A stretch of DNA of 64,000 nt from Deltaproteobacteria bacterium (GTDB lineage: Bacteria > Desulfobacterota > Desulfobulbia > Desulfobulbales > Desulfurivibrionaceae): the NCBI GenBank assembly GCA_026388695.1, contig JAPLJH010000063.1, positions 12,205 through 76,204 on the forward strand, written 5' to 3'. The notes below the pieces were generated by a model that searched no databases, was not told the origin of the DNA, and was given only the letters and a program-made list of their open reading frames with translations. This document shows positions 1 to 9,481 of this stretch, in pieces. Position numbers and translations under genes: made by a program. The stretch's first letter is position 1. Every line of letters begins with the position of its first letter.

Positions 1-396
1 GTCAAGCTGCGCCCGGTGGAACTGCCGGTGAGCGGGGTCTATGTTTGCGGCCTAGCCCATTCGCCCAAGCCGGTTGAGGAGATCATCGTCCAGGCGCAGG
101 CGGCGGCGGCCAAGGCATCCATTCCGCTCTGTAAGGGCTTTGTTTCGGTGGAACCCACCATTTCCTGCGTGGACAAGGAAGCGTGCATCGGTTGCGGCCT
201 GTGCGAATCGCTCTGCCCGTACCAGTCCATCCGGATCATCAAGGACGAAAACGGCAAGCGTAAGGCCGAGACCATCACCGCCTCCTGCAAGGGCTGCGGC
301 ATCTGCGCCTCGCATTGCCCGGTATTTGCCATTTCCATGGGCGGCTACACCGACGAACAGATCAACGCGCAAATCACCGCCTTTGGTGCACAATAG
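1..396 (+). CDS. hdrA: Heterodisulfide reductase subunit A-like protein, C-terminal part (runs off the window start)
   Basis: Open frame from base 1 ([19 protein letters not shown]) with two ferredoxin motifs [12 protein letters not shown] and [12 protein letters not shown]; followed by mvhD. Confidence 0.85.
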   Translation, partial: VKLRPVELPVSGVYVCGLAHSPKPVEEIIVQAQAAAAKASIPLCKGFVSVEPTISCVDKEACIGCGLCESLCPYQSIRIIKDENGKRKAETITASCKGCGICASHCPVFAISMGGYTDEQINAQITAFGAQ

Positions 397-406
397 AGGA
401 GCAGTT

Positions 407-1039
407 ATGAGTCAGAAAGATTTCAACCCGAAGATCCTGGGTTTTCTCTGCAACTGGTGCTGCTATGCCGCAGCGGACAGTGCCGGGGTTTCCCGCTACC
501 AGTATCCGCCGAATCTGCGGACCATCCGGGTGATGTGCACCGGACGGCTCGATCCGGCTTTTGTTTTGCGTGGATTTGCCGAAGGTGCCGATGCCATCTT
601 CTCCGGTGGCTGACAACTCGGTGAATGCCATTACCAGGTTGGTAATTACGACGCGATGGGTGTGAGTGCATTGGTGAAAAAGGTTCTGGCCGAGGTCGGG
701 ATCAATCCGGATAGGTTTGGTCTGCAGTGGGCTTCAGCGGCGGAGGCGCCGCGTTTTGTCAAACTGATCACCGATTTTACCATGAAGACCAAGGAGCTTG
801 GCCCAATTGGCCAGGCCGAAGGCTTGACTCCCGAGGAGTTGAAGGTTCGCATCGACAAGGCCCTTGCCCTGGTGAGCGATCGCAAGTTGCGGATTGCCCT
901 GGGCAATGCTACCAAGACCATCCGTAAAGAGGCGATCTTTACCCAGGACGGCATCACCGCCCTGATCGAAGAGAAGCTGAGCAAAACCATCACTGCTGGA
1001 CTGGAAGGCGGTGGGGCGGAGGTTGCTGCCAAGAAGTAA
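407..1039 (+). CDS. mvhD: MvhD/FlxD-family iron-sulfur subunit, selenoprotein (Sec at TGA 611-613)
   Basis: GAGGAG RBS then ATG 407; [31 protein letters not shown] continues in frame into ORF 656..1039; TGA occupies the Cys of the GC(H)xGxCHY motif; hairpin follows. Confidence 0.88.
630..646 (+). promoter_or_regulatory. Bacterial SECIS-like hairpin for mvhD
   Basis: ATTACC-AGGTT-GGTAAT stem-loop with G-containing loop about 23 nt after the UGA. Confidence 0.7.
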
Positions 1040-1068
1040 ACGCTGTTCGCTTTTAACGTGGATGAACC

Positions 1069-1107
1069 AAAGGGAGGTGCGAATAGTTGTCGCACCTCCC
1101 TTTTTTT
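1069..1107 (+). terminator. Rho-independent terminator, possibly bidirectional
   Basis: AAAGGGAGGTGCGA / TCGCACCTCCCTTT stem followed by T-run, between convergent genes. Confidence 0.8.
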
Positions 1108-1143
1108 GTCGAGTTGAGGCGGGAGAGGAAAAGACCGACAAAA

Positions 1144-2301
1144 TCAGGCAGAGCATACCCGATTGCGGCCTTGGGCCTTGGCGCAATAGAGGGCTTTGTC
1201 CGCCTTGCCCAGCAGCCCTTCCAGCGAATGACCGTCTTCATTATGGGTGGCAACACCAAAGCTGACCGTGATCTTGACCGGCGGTTCGCCGTGCGCAACA
1301 GGTTCCATGGCAATAGCCGCCCGTAGATGATCGGCAATAGCAACGGCTTTCTCCTTGTCGGTATCGAGGAGAAGCATGGCAAACTCTTCGCCTCCATACC
1401 GGGCCACCACGTCGCTATGGCGAAGATGACGGTGGAACAGGCGACCGAGGGAGGCCAGTACCGCATCTCCAACCTGATGGCCAAGGGTGTCGTTCACTGC
1501 CTTGAAGTGGTCGATGTCGGCGAAAAGCAGGCTGAAACGGCTATCATAACGCTTGGCTCTCTCCAGTTCATCCACGAGCCGTTCATTGAAATAACGGCGA
1601 TTGTGCAGGCCGGTCAGCTCGTCACGGATTGATTCCTGTAAGACATTGGTAAAGGCCTTAGAATGGTTGATCGCCATGCCAACCGAGTGGGCGATAATCG
1701 ATAACAGCATCACGGTCTCTTTTTCAATGGGCTGGCCGGAGAGCGAATTATCCACCAGCATCACCCCTTCGGTGGCGCGGGAATCGTACCGCAGGAACAC
1801 CGGGCATTGGCCGCAGATCTTGTCCGACGTGCCCTGCGGGGTGGCGGAGCAACATTTTGTCTGAGACAGGAGCCAGCAGCGGACCCATTTTTTGTCATAG
1901 GCTGGACATTGTTGTTCGCCGCATTGCTTGATATCCCAGCAGGCGATCCGTTTGTTGTTGATGATGGGGATCAGGGCAAAGTTGGTCAAACCCAAGGCCT
2001 GCACGAAGGGATCGGTTTCGCCGGTGCTTTCCCAGAAGGGATACCCGGAGAGTAAAGGTTTGGCGAACAGGGAATCGCCAGCGATCGGAATTTCGAGGGA
2101 GCTGATGGCCCCGGGTGTAAACCCTTTGCAGAGCTTGCCTTGAAGCACACCCCTTCGGTGCTTCACAAAAAAAAGACCGACCCGGTCAAAGGAGAAAATC
2201 TCTGCCACCAGATTAACGAAGCGTTCCTCGATGGTATCGACGTCCATTTCTTCGTAGATCAGCGAAAGCATTTCAGGAATGGCAAAGTGATTCAGCTCCA
2301 T
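1144..2301 (-). CDS. GAF-domain diguanylate cyclase with a Cys-rich (two-CW-like) insertion
   Basis: DELTGLHNRR, DIDHFKAVND, RHSD I-site and RYGGEEF; N-terminal GAF-like region interrupted by CWDIKQC..CPAY..CWL..CC..CGQCPVF. Confidence 0.88.
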   Translation of the reverse strand: MELNHFAIPEMLSLIYEEMDVDTIEERFVNLVAEIFSFDRVGLFFVKHRRGVLQGKLCKGFTPGAISSLEIPIAGDSLFAKPLLSGYPFWESTGETDPFVQALGLTNFALIPIINNKRIACWDIKQCGEQQCPAYDKKWVRCWLLSQTKCCSATPQGTSDKICGQCPVFLRYDSRATEGVMLVDNSLSGQPIEKETVMLLSIIAHSVGMAINHSKAFTNVLQESIRDELTGLHNRRYFNERLVDELERAKRYDSRFSLLFADIDHFKAVNDTLGHQVGDAVLASLGRLFHRHLRHSDVVARYGGEEFAMLLLDTDKEKAVAIADHLRAAIAMEPVAHGEPPVKITVSFGVATHNEDGHSLEGLLGKADKALYCAKAQGRNRVCSA

Positions 2302-2503
2302 TCTCCCTCCTTATTTTTCGGCAACCGCATTTTTCCCAAGGCGTGGAACCTCCTTAACGGACTGCTCTTTTCTGCGCCCCGAGATGCTATCCGGCATCAA
2401 CCCTTTGTTCTTATTATGCGGTCTCGTAAAAATCAAAGTCAACAAAAAGTATCACATTGTGGTAGAAAAAAGAGGGGGTGTTTGGGCGGAGAGGATCGCG
2501 GCT

Positions 2504-2527
2504 GATTGCACTTATCGAAGTGCAATC
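2504..2527. terminator. Perfect hairpin after the fdhF-asrAB-like operon (terminator or protein-binding palindrome)
   Basis: GATTGCACTT-ATCG-AAGTGCAATC. Confidence 0.4.
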
Positions 2528-2571
2528 CCATATTATGACGCAGTATTATGCTAAATCTTAAGTGAAAGTCG

Positions 2572-3417
2572 TTAGTCTTCCATCTCCATGATTTTTAGCT
2601 TTCGCAATTCAGCCAGGCTGAAGACCGGACCGTCCACGCAGGCCAGCTTGCCGTCCATGTGGCAGTGGCGGCAGATGCCCACCCCGCATTTCATGTGGCG
2701 TTCCATGGTGGTGAGTACTTGTTCGTCGCGAAAGCCCATGGCGGTCAGCCTGCCGAGCACCGCCCGAAACATCAGGGGCGGGCCGCAGATCAGGGCTGTG
2801 CTGCGCTCCAGCTTTGGGTGCAACCCGTCCATCAGGGAAGTGACCAGCCCCACCTGAGCGTCCCATCCCGGTTCAGCCGCATCCACGGTGAGGCGGCAAT
2901 CCACTCCTTTTTCGCGCCACATATCAAGATCAGTCTGAAAGGCGATGTCCGAGGGAGTGCGGCTGCCGTACAGCACGGTGAGCGTGCCGAATTGGTCCCG
3001 TTGATCCAGGCAGGTGTCGAGTACACCCCGCAGCGGTGCTAAGCCGATGCCGCCAGCCACGAACAACAGGTCTTTTTTCTGGAGTTGCTCCATGGGAAAG
3101 GGCCGTCCGTAGGGGCCGCGCAGCCCGATGGTGTCGCCGACCCGCAGCCCATGCATGGCGGCGGTGAGTTTTCCTGCCCGGCGGACGCTGAGGTGGATGG
3201 CTCCGGGCCTGGTTGGCGTGGAGGAAATCGAGATCGGCGCTTCCCCGCAATGGGGCATGGAGACCATCATGAATTGGCCTGGCTGGTAGCGGAAGGCGTC
3301 GTTGTAAGCATGATCGCAGAAGGCGAGGACGAAGGTGGAGATTTGTGAATTTTCGACTTCGATCTGTTCCACCTTGGCCTGCCTGGGCAGATAGATATCG
3401 GTGATGGTCTGTGGCAT
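2572..3417 (-). CDS. FAD/NAD(P)-binding oxidoreductase, AsrB/FlxA/sulfhydrogenase-gamma family
   Basis: PGQF, GEAPISISS, RGPYG, AGGIGLAP, ICGPP, ERHMKCGVGICRHC, CVDGPVF; start taken at MPQTITD. Confidence 0.88.
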   Translation of the reverse strand: MPQTITDIYLPRQAKVEQIEVENSQISTFVLAFCDHAYNDAFRYQPGQFMMVSMPHCGEAPISISSTPTRPGAIHLSVRRAGKLTAAMHGLRVGDTIGLRGPYGRPFPMEQLQKKDLLFVAGGIGLAPLRGVLDTCLDQRDQFGTLTVLYGSRTPSDIAFQTDLDMWREKGVDCRLTVDAAEPGWDAQVGLVTSLMDGLHPKLERSTALICGPPLMFRAVLGRLTAMGFRDEQVLTTMERHMKCGVGICRHCHMDGKLACVDGPVFSLAELRKLKIMEMED

Positions 3418-3442
3418 CGTCTTGTTCCGGTTGGGTTGGTAG

Positions 3443-4486
3443 TTACAGGCTGCCCTGGCAGGTGCGTTCCACGAAGCGAACAATGTCGGTGCCGCCGAAG
3501 CAGATGCCCACGCAGCGGCCACAGCCCACACAGCTTGGCCGACCGGTCAGGCGCACATCATCGCGAAGTTTGTGGGTAAAGCGCTGGCGGATGGCCCCGG
3601 TTTTGGCCTGCACCGGGTTGTGGCCTCCGGCCATGACCGTAAAGCCTGCAAAGGTGCAGGCGTCCCAGCTCCGCAGCCGTTGGCCGTTTACGGCGTCGAG
3701 CGGCTGGTCGCTGATGGTGAAGCAAGTGCAGGTGGGGCAGAGATAGGCGCAGCCGCCGCAGTCTTGGCAGCGCAGCGATAGCTTTGCAAAAACCTCATCC
3801 GGCACGGTGTCCGCTTCCAGGCGTCGGATGGCCTGTTCCACATGCACCTGGCGGCTGAAGCGACCGCGCGCCTCCAAAAAGGCTTGGTACCGGGCGGCGC
3901 GGTCCTTGTCGGTGGAGGGCGAGAAAAAGCCCTGCCAGCGCTCGGTTAGGGTATGGCCCGACGTCCGTCCGGTCTCCACTAGGAAGCGGTCGCCCAGATC
4001 GGTGAGCTGCAGGTCGCTGCCCATCTCGATAAAGGGGCCGGAGCCGGTGGCGTTGCAGAAGCACTTTGGGGATGGATTGTTGCAGTTGATTCCGATCAGC
4101 ACCGAGCCTTGACGGCGGCGGAGGTAGAAGGGGTCGCGTTGCTGGCGGGAGAAGACTACATCCATGTAGAGCACGGCGGAGAGATCGCAGGGATGTACCC
4201 CGAAGTAGACCGTGGGGGGGATGGTTGCCTTGGTGGGCTGGAAATCATAGCCTTCTGGGGTGATGGTATAGGTGGAGAGCTGTTCCTGCTGGGGCAGGAA
4301 AAATTGCTTGAGCGAATTCTGCGGCGGTTCGCTCAGCTCAATCTCCACTGCGTCCAGATCGTCGATTACGGTGAACAGCACATCGCCGTGGCGGTTGCGC
4401 ACCGGCGCCACCAGGCGGTACTCCTTGGCAAGCTTGCGCAGGAAGCCCTTCAGGTGATCCTTTTTGAGGAGGTGGCTGTCAGCCAT
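3443..4486 (-). CDS. 4Fe-4S dicluster protein, AsrA/FlxB-C/sulfhydrogenase-beta family
   Basis: GVHPCD, CFC, CQDCGGCAYLCPTCTCF, RSWDAC, CVGCGRCVGIC. Confidence 0.85.
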   Translation of the reverse strand: MADSHLLKKDHLKGFLRKLAKEYRLVAPVRNRHGDVLFTVIDDLDAVEIELSEPPQNSLKQFFLPQQEQLSTYTITPEGYDFQPTKATIPPTVYFGVHPCDLSAVLYMDVVFSRQQRDPFYLRRRQGSVLIGINCNNPSPKCFCNATGSGPFIEMGSDLQLTDLGDRFLVETGRTSGHTLTERWQGFFSPSTDKDRAARYQAFLEARGRFSRQVHVEQAIRRLEADTVPDEVFAKLSLRCQDCGGCAYLCPTCTCFTISDQPLDAVNGQRLRSWDACTFAGFTVMAGGHNPVQAKTGAIRQRFTHKLRDDVRLTGRPSCVGCGRCVGICFGGTDIVRFVERTCQGSL

Positions 4487-4566
4487 GGAGGATGCGTGGG
4501 GCATGGGATTTCCTTTTGCTGATAATCAAGTAATCTTTGCAGTCAGAGTTAGATACTTCGCTCTTC

Positions 4567-4754
4567 TGTTCATTTCTTTGCTTGCCCAAAGAAACGAACC
4601 AAAAGAAAAGGCACCCTGTGTCCCTTGTCCCGCCGGAGGCGGGATGCCCTGCGCTCCTCGATGCTGCCGGGGCTTTGCAAACTCGGCTGCGCCTCAAACA
4701 GTGCAAATTCCCTTTTCGGCAGCCTCTCCGGTGCTCGGCTGCGTGCCAATGGGA
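4567..4754. repeat. Structured ~185-bp dispersed element, copy A
   Basis: Close reverse-complement match to 29490-29674; three hairpins; abuts the fdhF stop codon. Confidence 0.9.
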
Positions 4755-4756
4755 TT

Positions 4757-6793
4757 TTAACTGCTCATTTTTTCCACCCGTACCGCGCAGACCTTGTACT
4801 CCGGGCAACCAGAGCCGGTGTCGAAGGCGTCGTTGGTGAGCCGATTGATGGGCGCTTCGTGGAAGTGAAAGGTGGTGTAGACCATGCCGGGTTCCACCTG
4901 ATCGGTGATGGAGGCGGCCAGGGTTATCTGACCCCGGCGGGAGGCCAGTTGCACCGACTCGCCCTGGCGCAGGCCATGGGCCTTGGCGTCTTCCGGGTTT
5001 ATCTGGAGCACCGCATGGTTGCATTCCCTGTTCAGCCGTTCGCTTTTGCGGGTCATGGTGCCGGTGTGGTAGTGGTGGTAAATTCGGCCGGTCATCAGCA
5101 GCAGCGGATACTCCGCGTCGGGCAGCTCGCCGGGTGGGGTGTGGCTGGCTGGCATAAAGTGGCCCCGTCCACGGGTAAAGTAATACTTGTGCAGGAACGG
5201 TGTGCCTGGGTGGCTTCGGTCCCAGCAGGGCCATTGCAATCCCCAGCTCTGGTCCAACCGGTCGTGGTGCATGCCGCCGTAAATGGGGGAGAGCAGGGCG
5301 ATCTCCTCCATTACCTCGGCGCTGGAGTCGTATTCCATGGCATAGCCCAAGCGGCTGGAAAGCTCCATGATGATCTCGCTGTCGGTGCGGCACTCGCCCG
5401 GCGGGGCCACGGCCTGGCGCACCATCTGCACCCGGCGTTCGGAGTTGGTAAAGCTGCCGCTCTTTTCAGCAAAGCAGGCAGCCGGGAAGACCACCTGGGC
5501 AAGCTGCGCCGTCTCGGTGAGGAAGATATCGCTCACCGCCAGGAAATCCAGGCCGCGTAGGGTTTCCTCCACCTTGCTCAAGGTGGGGTCGCTGAGCATG
5601 GGGTTTTCGCCCATGATGTACATCCCTCGAATTGGGCCTTGCTTGCCGCCGTGGGTCATCTCCACCAGGGTTTTTCCTGGGGCCTCCGGCAGACTTGCGC
5701 CCCAGGCCCGCTCGAATTTGTCCCGGTAATCTTGATTGGCCACCGCCTGGTAGCTGGGCAGCATGTTGGGCAGCGCCCCCATGTCGCAGGCACCCTGCAC
5801 GTTGTTTTGGCCCCGGAGCGGATCGACCCCGGTGTCCTCTTTTTCGATATGCCCTGCCAGCATGGCCAGGTTGGCGATGGTCTGTACGTTTTCGGTGCCG
5901 CAGACATGCTGGGTCACGCCTAGACAGTAGCAGATCACTGCTTTGCGGGCTCGGCCATAGAGTTGCGCTGCCTGGCTGATCAGGGGCAGGGGCACACCGG
6001 TGAGGGCGGCGGTTTCTTCCAGATCAAGGCGGTTGAGCATGTCGCGCAGGGCCAGGAAGTTTTCGGTGCGCATCTCGATGAATAGCTCGTCGGCCAGGCC
6101 CTCATCCAGCAGCACCCGCATCATGGCATTGAGCAGGGGGATGTCGGTGCCGGGCCGCAGGGCCAGGTGGAGATGGCTGCACTCGGCCAACCGGGTGCGG
6201 CGCGGGTCGATGACGATCAGTCTGGCGCCCCGATCCACCGCGTCCAGCATCCGGCGGGCCACCTGGGGATGGGCCTCGGTGGTGTTGGAGCCGGAAACCA
6301 GGATTACCTCAGCGTTTTCGATTTCGTTGATGGAGTTGGTCATGGCCCCGCTGCCGAAGGTGGTGGCAAGACCTGCCACCGTGGGAGCGTGTCAGAGCCG
6401 GGCGCAGTGGTCCACGTTGTTGGTGGCAAGCGCGGTGCGGGCGAACTTTTGCAGCAGGTAATTTTCTTCGTTGGTGCATTTGGCCGAGGCCAGCACGCCG
6501 ATGGCTTTGCCGCCATGGTTTTCGCGGATGTGGCCAAGCTGCTGGGCGGTGAAATCCAGGGCCTCCCCCCAGGTTGCCGGGACAAGGGCGTCGCCTTTGC
6601 GGATGAGCGGGGTGGTGAGCCGGTCAGGATGGTTGATCGATTCGTGGATGTGCCAGCCCTTAACGCAGAGATTATCCCGGGAGACCGGATGGTGTCGGCT
6701 GGGCTGGCTGCCGCAGACTTGGCCATCCTCCACATGCAGGTAGAGACCGCAACCGCAACCGCAGTAAACACAGGTGGTCAGCACATCTTGCAT
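4757..6793 (-). CDS. fdhF: Formate dehydrogenase alpha subunit, selenocysteine-containing, cytoplasmic
   Basis: TTCVYCGCGC..LCVKG; DHCARL-TGA-HAPTVAGL (TGA at 6394-6392) joins ORFs 6392..6793 and 4757..6379 in one frame; LRGQNNVQG; PEYKVCAV; no Tat signal. Confidence 0.95.
6362..6380 (-). promoter_or_regulatory. SECIS hairpin for fdhF
   Basis: GGTGGCA-GGTCT-TGCCACC stem-loop starting 11 nt after the UGA, like the E. coli fdhF SECIS upper stem. Confidence 0.88.
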
Positions 6794-6914
6794 ACCGTTT
6801 CTCCTGTTTGGATCAGGCCGGGGTACGGATTAGTCCGGACAGCCTGCATCAATTGTAGCAGAGAAACAGCGGGGGAACCAAAGGGATAATGTTTGGAACC
6901 TGATTCGGAAGGGC

Positions 6915-7436
6915 TTATTGGTGCTCGTCTGGGTTGTCGTCGTGACGCCGTTTAAAAGGCAGATGCGGAGGATGCACATGCACCCCTTCGCGTAGCATGA
7001 GGAAGCTGGTTTCGAGAAGCTCGACCCCGGTCAGCACCCCGACCGTCAGCACGGCCAGAACCACGCCGGCATGCTCATAGCCCAGGCCGACGGCCGAGCC
7101 GATGGCCGCCAGAATCCAGATCACCGCTGCGGAGGTAACCCCTTGCAGCAACCCCTCTTTGGCCATGATCACGCCCGCGCCGAGGAAGCCGATACCGGTG
7201 ACCACCTGGCCTACCACCCGGCTGGGATCAGCGCCTGTGCCCTCGGTGATCAAAGCGCCCAGGGCGACAAAGACCTCGGTGCCGAGGCAGATCAGGATGC
7301 TGGTGCGGATACCCGCCGGTTTGCCGCGCAACTGGCGCTCCAGGCCGATGATGCCGCCACAGATAAGGGCAACGGCGATGCGCTGCCAGAAGATCGGGGT
7401 GTAGGGGTCGAATACGGGCATGGGTAAAGGCTCCAT
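6915..7436 (-). CDS. MgtC/SapB family membrane protein
   Basis: GGIIGLER..KPAGIRT, DPSRVVGQVVTGIGFLGAG. Confidence 0.9.
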   Translation of the reverse strand: MEPLPMPVFDPYTPIFWQRIAVALICGGIIGLERQLRGKPAGIRTSILICLGTEVFVALGALITEGTGADPSRVVGQVVTGIGFLGAGVIMAKEGLLQGVTSAAVIWILAAIGSAVGLGYEHAGVVLAVLTVGVLTGVELLETSFLMLREGVHVHPPHLPFKRRHDDNPDEHQ

Positions 7437-7574
7437 TGGGTGTATGGTGCTGCTGAGGGTTTCCCGTTGGGAGGAAGTTTGTTAGAGTTTACGTCAATCA
7501 TGCAATAACGTCCTCTTTTTTTTTGAGAATGGTATAATCGTTTTTTACAAATCCCCAACACAAGGAGAGCCAAG

Positions 7575-8078
7575 ATGAAACGTTTTCTCATTGCCGCAGC
7601 TATAGTCGCGGTCTCTTTTAGCACCCCGGCACTCGCCACCGATGTTGGCGTTTCGGTAAGCATCGGTCAGCCCGGTTTCTATGGCCACATTGATATCGGC
7701 GACTTTCCCCAACCCCGAGTGATCTATTCTAAACCGAGAGTCATTCTGCGTGGGGTGTCTATGCACCGACCGCCCATTTATCTGCGCGTGCCGCCTGGTC
7801 ATATCAAACATTGGGATAAGCATTGTCGCGAGTACAACGCCTGCGGCGAACGGGTCTTCTTTGTCCACGACGACTGGTACGAGCGCGAGTACGTTCCGTA
7901 TTATCAGGAAAGGCATCGTGATCGCCAGGATGACCGCCGAGAGTATCGTCATGATGATCGGCAAGATGACCGTCGAGATGATCGTAGGGATGATGATCGC
8001 CGTGACGAGGGCCGGGACGATGACCGCGGCAACGGCAAAGGCAAAGGGCACAACAAAGGCCACGGCCATAATCGTTAA
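7575..8078 (+). CDS. Secreted hypothetical protein with low-complexity DDRR tail
   Basis: AGGAG RBS, signal peptide, DVGVSVSIGQPGFYG, PIYLRVPPGH; DDR(R/Q) repeats. Confidence 0.75.
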   Translation: MKRFLIAAAIVAVSFSTPALATDVGVSVSIGQPGFYGHIDIGDFPQPRVIYSKPRVILRGVSMHRPPIYLRVPPGHIKHWDKHCREYNACGERVFFVHDDWYEREYVPYYQERHRDRQDDRREYRHDDRQDDRRDDRRDDDRRDEGRDDDRGNGKGKGHNKGHGHNR

Positions 8079-8162
8079 CTCTTGGCGTAATCCCTTTATC
8101 TGTTGATATCTTTACTTCTCTCTTGATGCGGCCTTGAGCGGGGAATTCACGAAGCCGCCATA

Positions 8163-9413
8163 ATGGAATGCCAAGTGAGTTCGCCCGCTGCAAGCGCCCA
8201 GCCGCCCGCTGAAAAAACCGCCTTTATCATCCTGATCATCATCAGTGTCTGCCATCTGCTCAACGACATGATGCAGACCCTGTTGTCCGCGATCTATCCG
8301 CTGCTCCAGAGCAACTATGGCTTGAGCTTTGCCCAGATCGGCATGATCACTCTCACCTTTCAGGGCACAGCCTCGATCCTCCAGCCCATGGTCGGTTTTT
8401 TCATCGACCGCAACCCCAGGCCCTATTCCCTGGCCGTGGGCATGGGCCTTACCCTCGCGGGGCTGGTGCTGTTTTCCCAGGCCGGGAGTTATCCGGTGCT
8501 CTTGCTGGCCGCTGCCCTGGTGGGGACCGGCTCGTCGGTGTTCCATCCCGAATCCTCCCGGGTGGCGCGGATGGCTTCAGGCGGCAGGCACGGCTTGGCC
8601 CAGTCGTTGTTTCAGGTGGGGGGCAATGCCGGGTCGGCCATCGGCCCCTTGTTGGCCGCGCTCATCGTTTTGCGCCACGGGCAAACAAGCCTGGCCTGGT
8701 TTTCCCTCGCCGCCCTGCTGGGCATCTATCTCCTGATCCGGGTCGGCCACTGGTACAAGGGGCACGGGCTGATGCGGCTCATGTCCCGCGCTGGCACCGC
8801 CATGCCGCAGATGGAGCTGCCCCGCGGCAGGGTGGCCCTTACCCTGGCGGTGCTGCTGGCCCTGATGTTCTCCAAGTTTTTCTACATGGCCAGCATCTCC
8901 AGCTACTACATCTTTTATCTGATGGGCAGGTTCCAACTTCCGGTGCAGAGCGCACAGCTGTACCTCTTTGTCTTCTTCGGCGCGGTGGCGACCGGCACCC
9001 TGGTGGGCGGTCCGATTGGCGACCGCTTTGGCCGCAAGGTGGTGATCTGGGTGTCGATTCTGGGGGTGCTGCCCTTTACCCTGGCCCTGCCTTATGCCAA
9101 CCTGTTCTGGACCGGGGTGCTCAGCGTGTTCATCGGGGTGATCCTTGCCTCCGCCTTCCCGGCCATAGTGGTCTATGCCCAGGAGCTGCTTCCGGCCAGG
9201 GTCGGCATGGTGGCCGGGATGTCGTTTGGTTTTGCCTTCGGCATGGGAGGGATCGGCGCTGCGGTGCTCGGGCACCTTGCCGATGCAACCAGCCTTGGAT
9301 ACGTGTATCACCTCTGCTCGTATCTGCCAGCTATCGGGTTGTTGGCTATTTTTCTGCCGCCGTTGGAGACGGAAACCAGGCAGCGGAGGAGATTGGCTAG
9401 TGGTGGGGCGTAG
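8163..9413 (+). CDS. fsr: MFS transporter, fosmidomycin-resistance (Fsr) family
   Basis: HLLNDMMQ, SSVFHPESSRVARMASGGRHGLAQSLFQVGGN, GDRFGRK. Confidence 0.85.
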   Translation: MECQVSSPAASAQPPAEKTAFIILIIISVCHLLNDMMQTLLSAIYPLLQSNYGLSFAQIGMITLTFQGTASILQPMVGFFIDRNPRPYSLAVGMGLTLAGLVLFSQAGSYPVLLLAAALVGTGSSVFHPESSRVARMASGGRHGLAQSLFQVGGNAGSAIGPLLAALIVLRHGQTSLAWFSLAALLGIYLLIRVGHWYKGHGLMRLMSRAGTAMPQMELPRGRVALTLAVLLALMFSKFFYMASISSYYIFYLMGRFQLPVQSAQLYLFVFFGAVATGTLVGGPIGDRFGRKVVIWVSILGVLPFTLALPYANLFWTGVLSVFIGVILASAFPAIVVYAQELLPARVGMVAGMSFGFAFGMGGIGAAVLGHLADATSLGYVYHLCSYLPAIGLLAIFLPPLETETRQRRRLASGGA

Positions 9414-9481
9414 TGATTATTGCGGGGTGAGGGGGGTGGTTTACTGAGAGGGCTTGACCGCTTTTGGGGAACGTTGTTAGT

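Noticed and set aside
407-6793. mvhD and fdhF as nonsense-mutated pseudogenes
   Set aside because: Both stops are in-frame UGA at conserved Cys/Sec positions followed by SECIS-like hairpins.
7920-8030. Tandem DNA repeat or CRISPR-like array
   Set aside because: Degenerate coding low-complexity region; no identical repeats with spacers, and no cas genes in the window.
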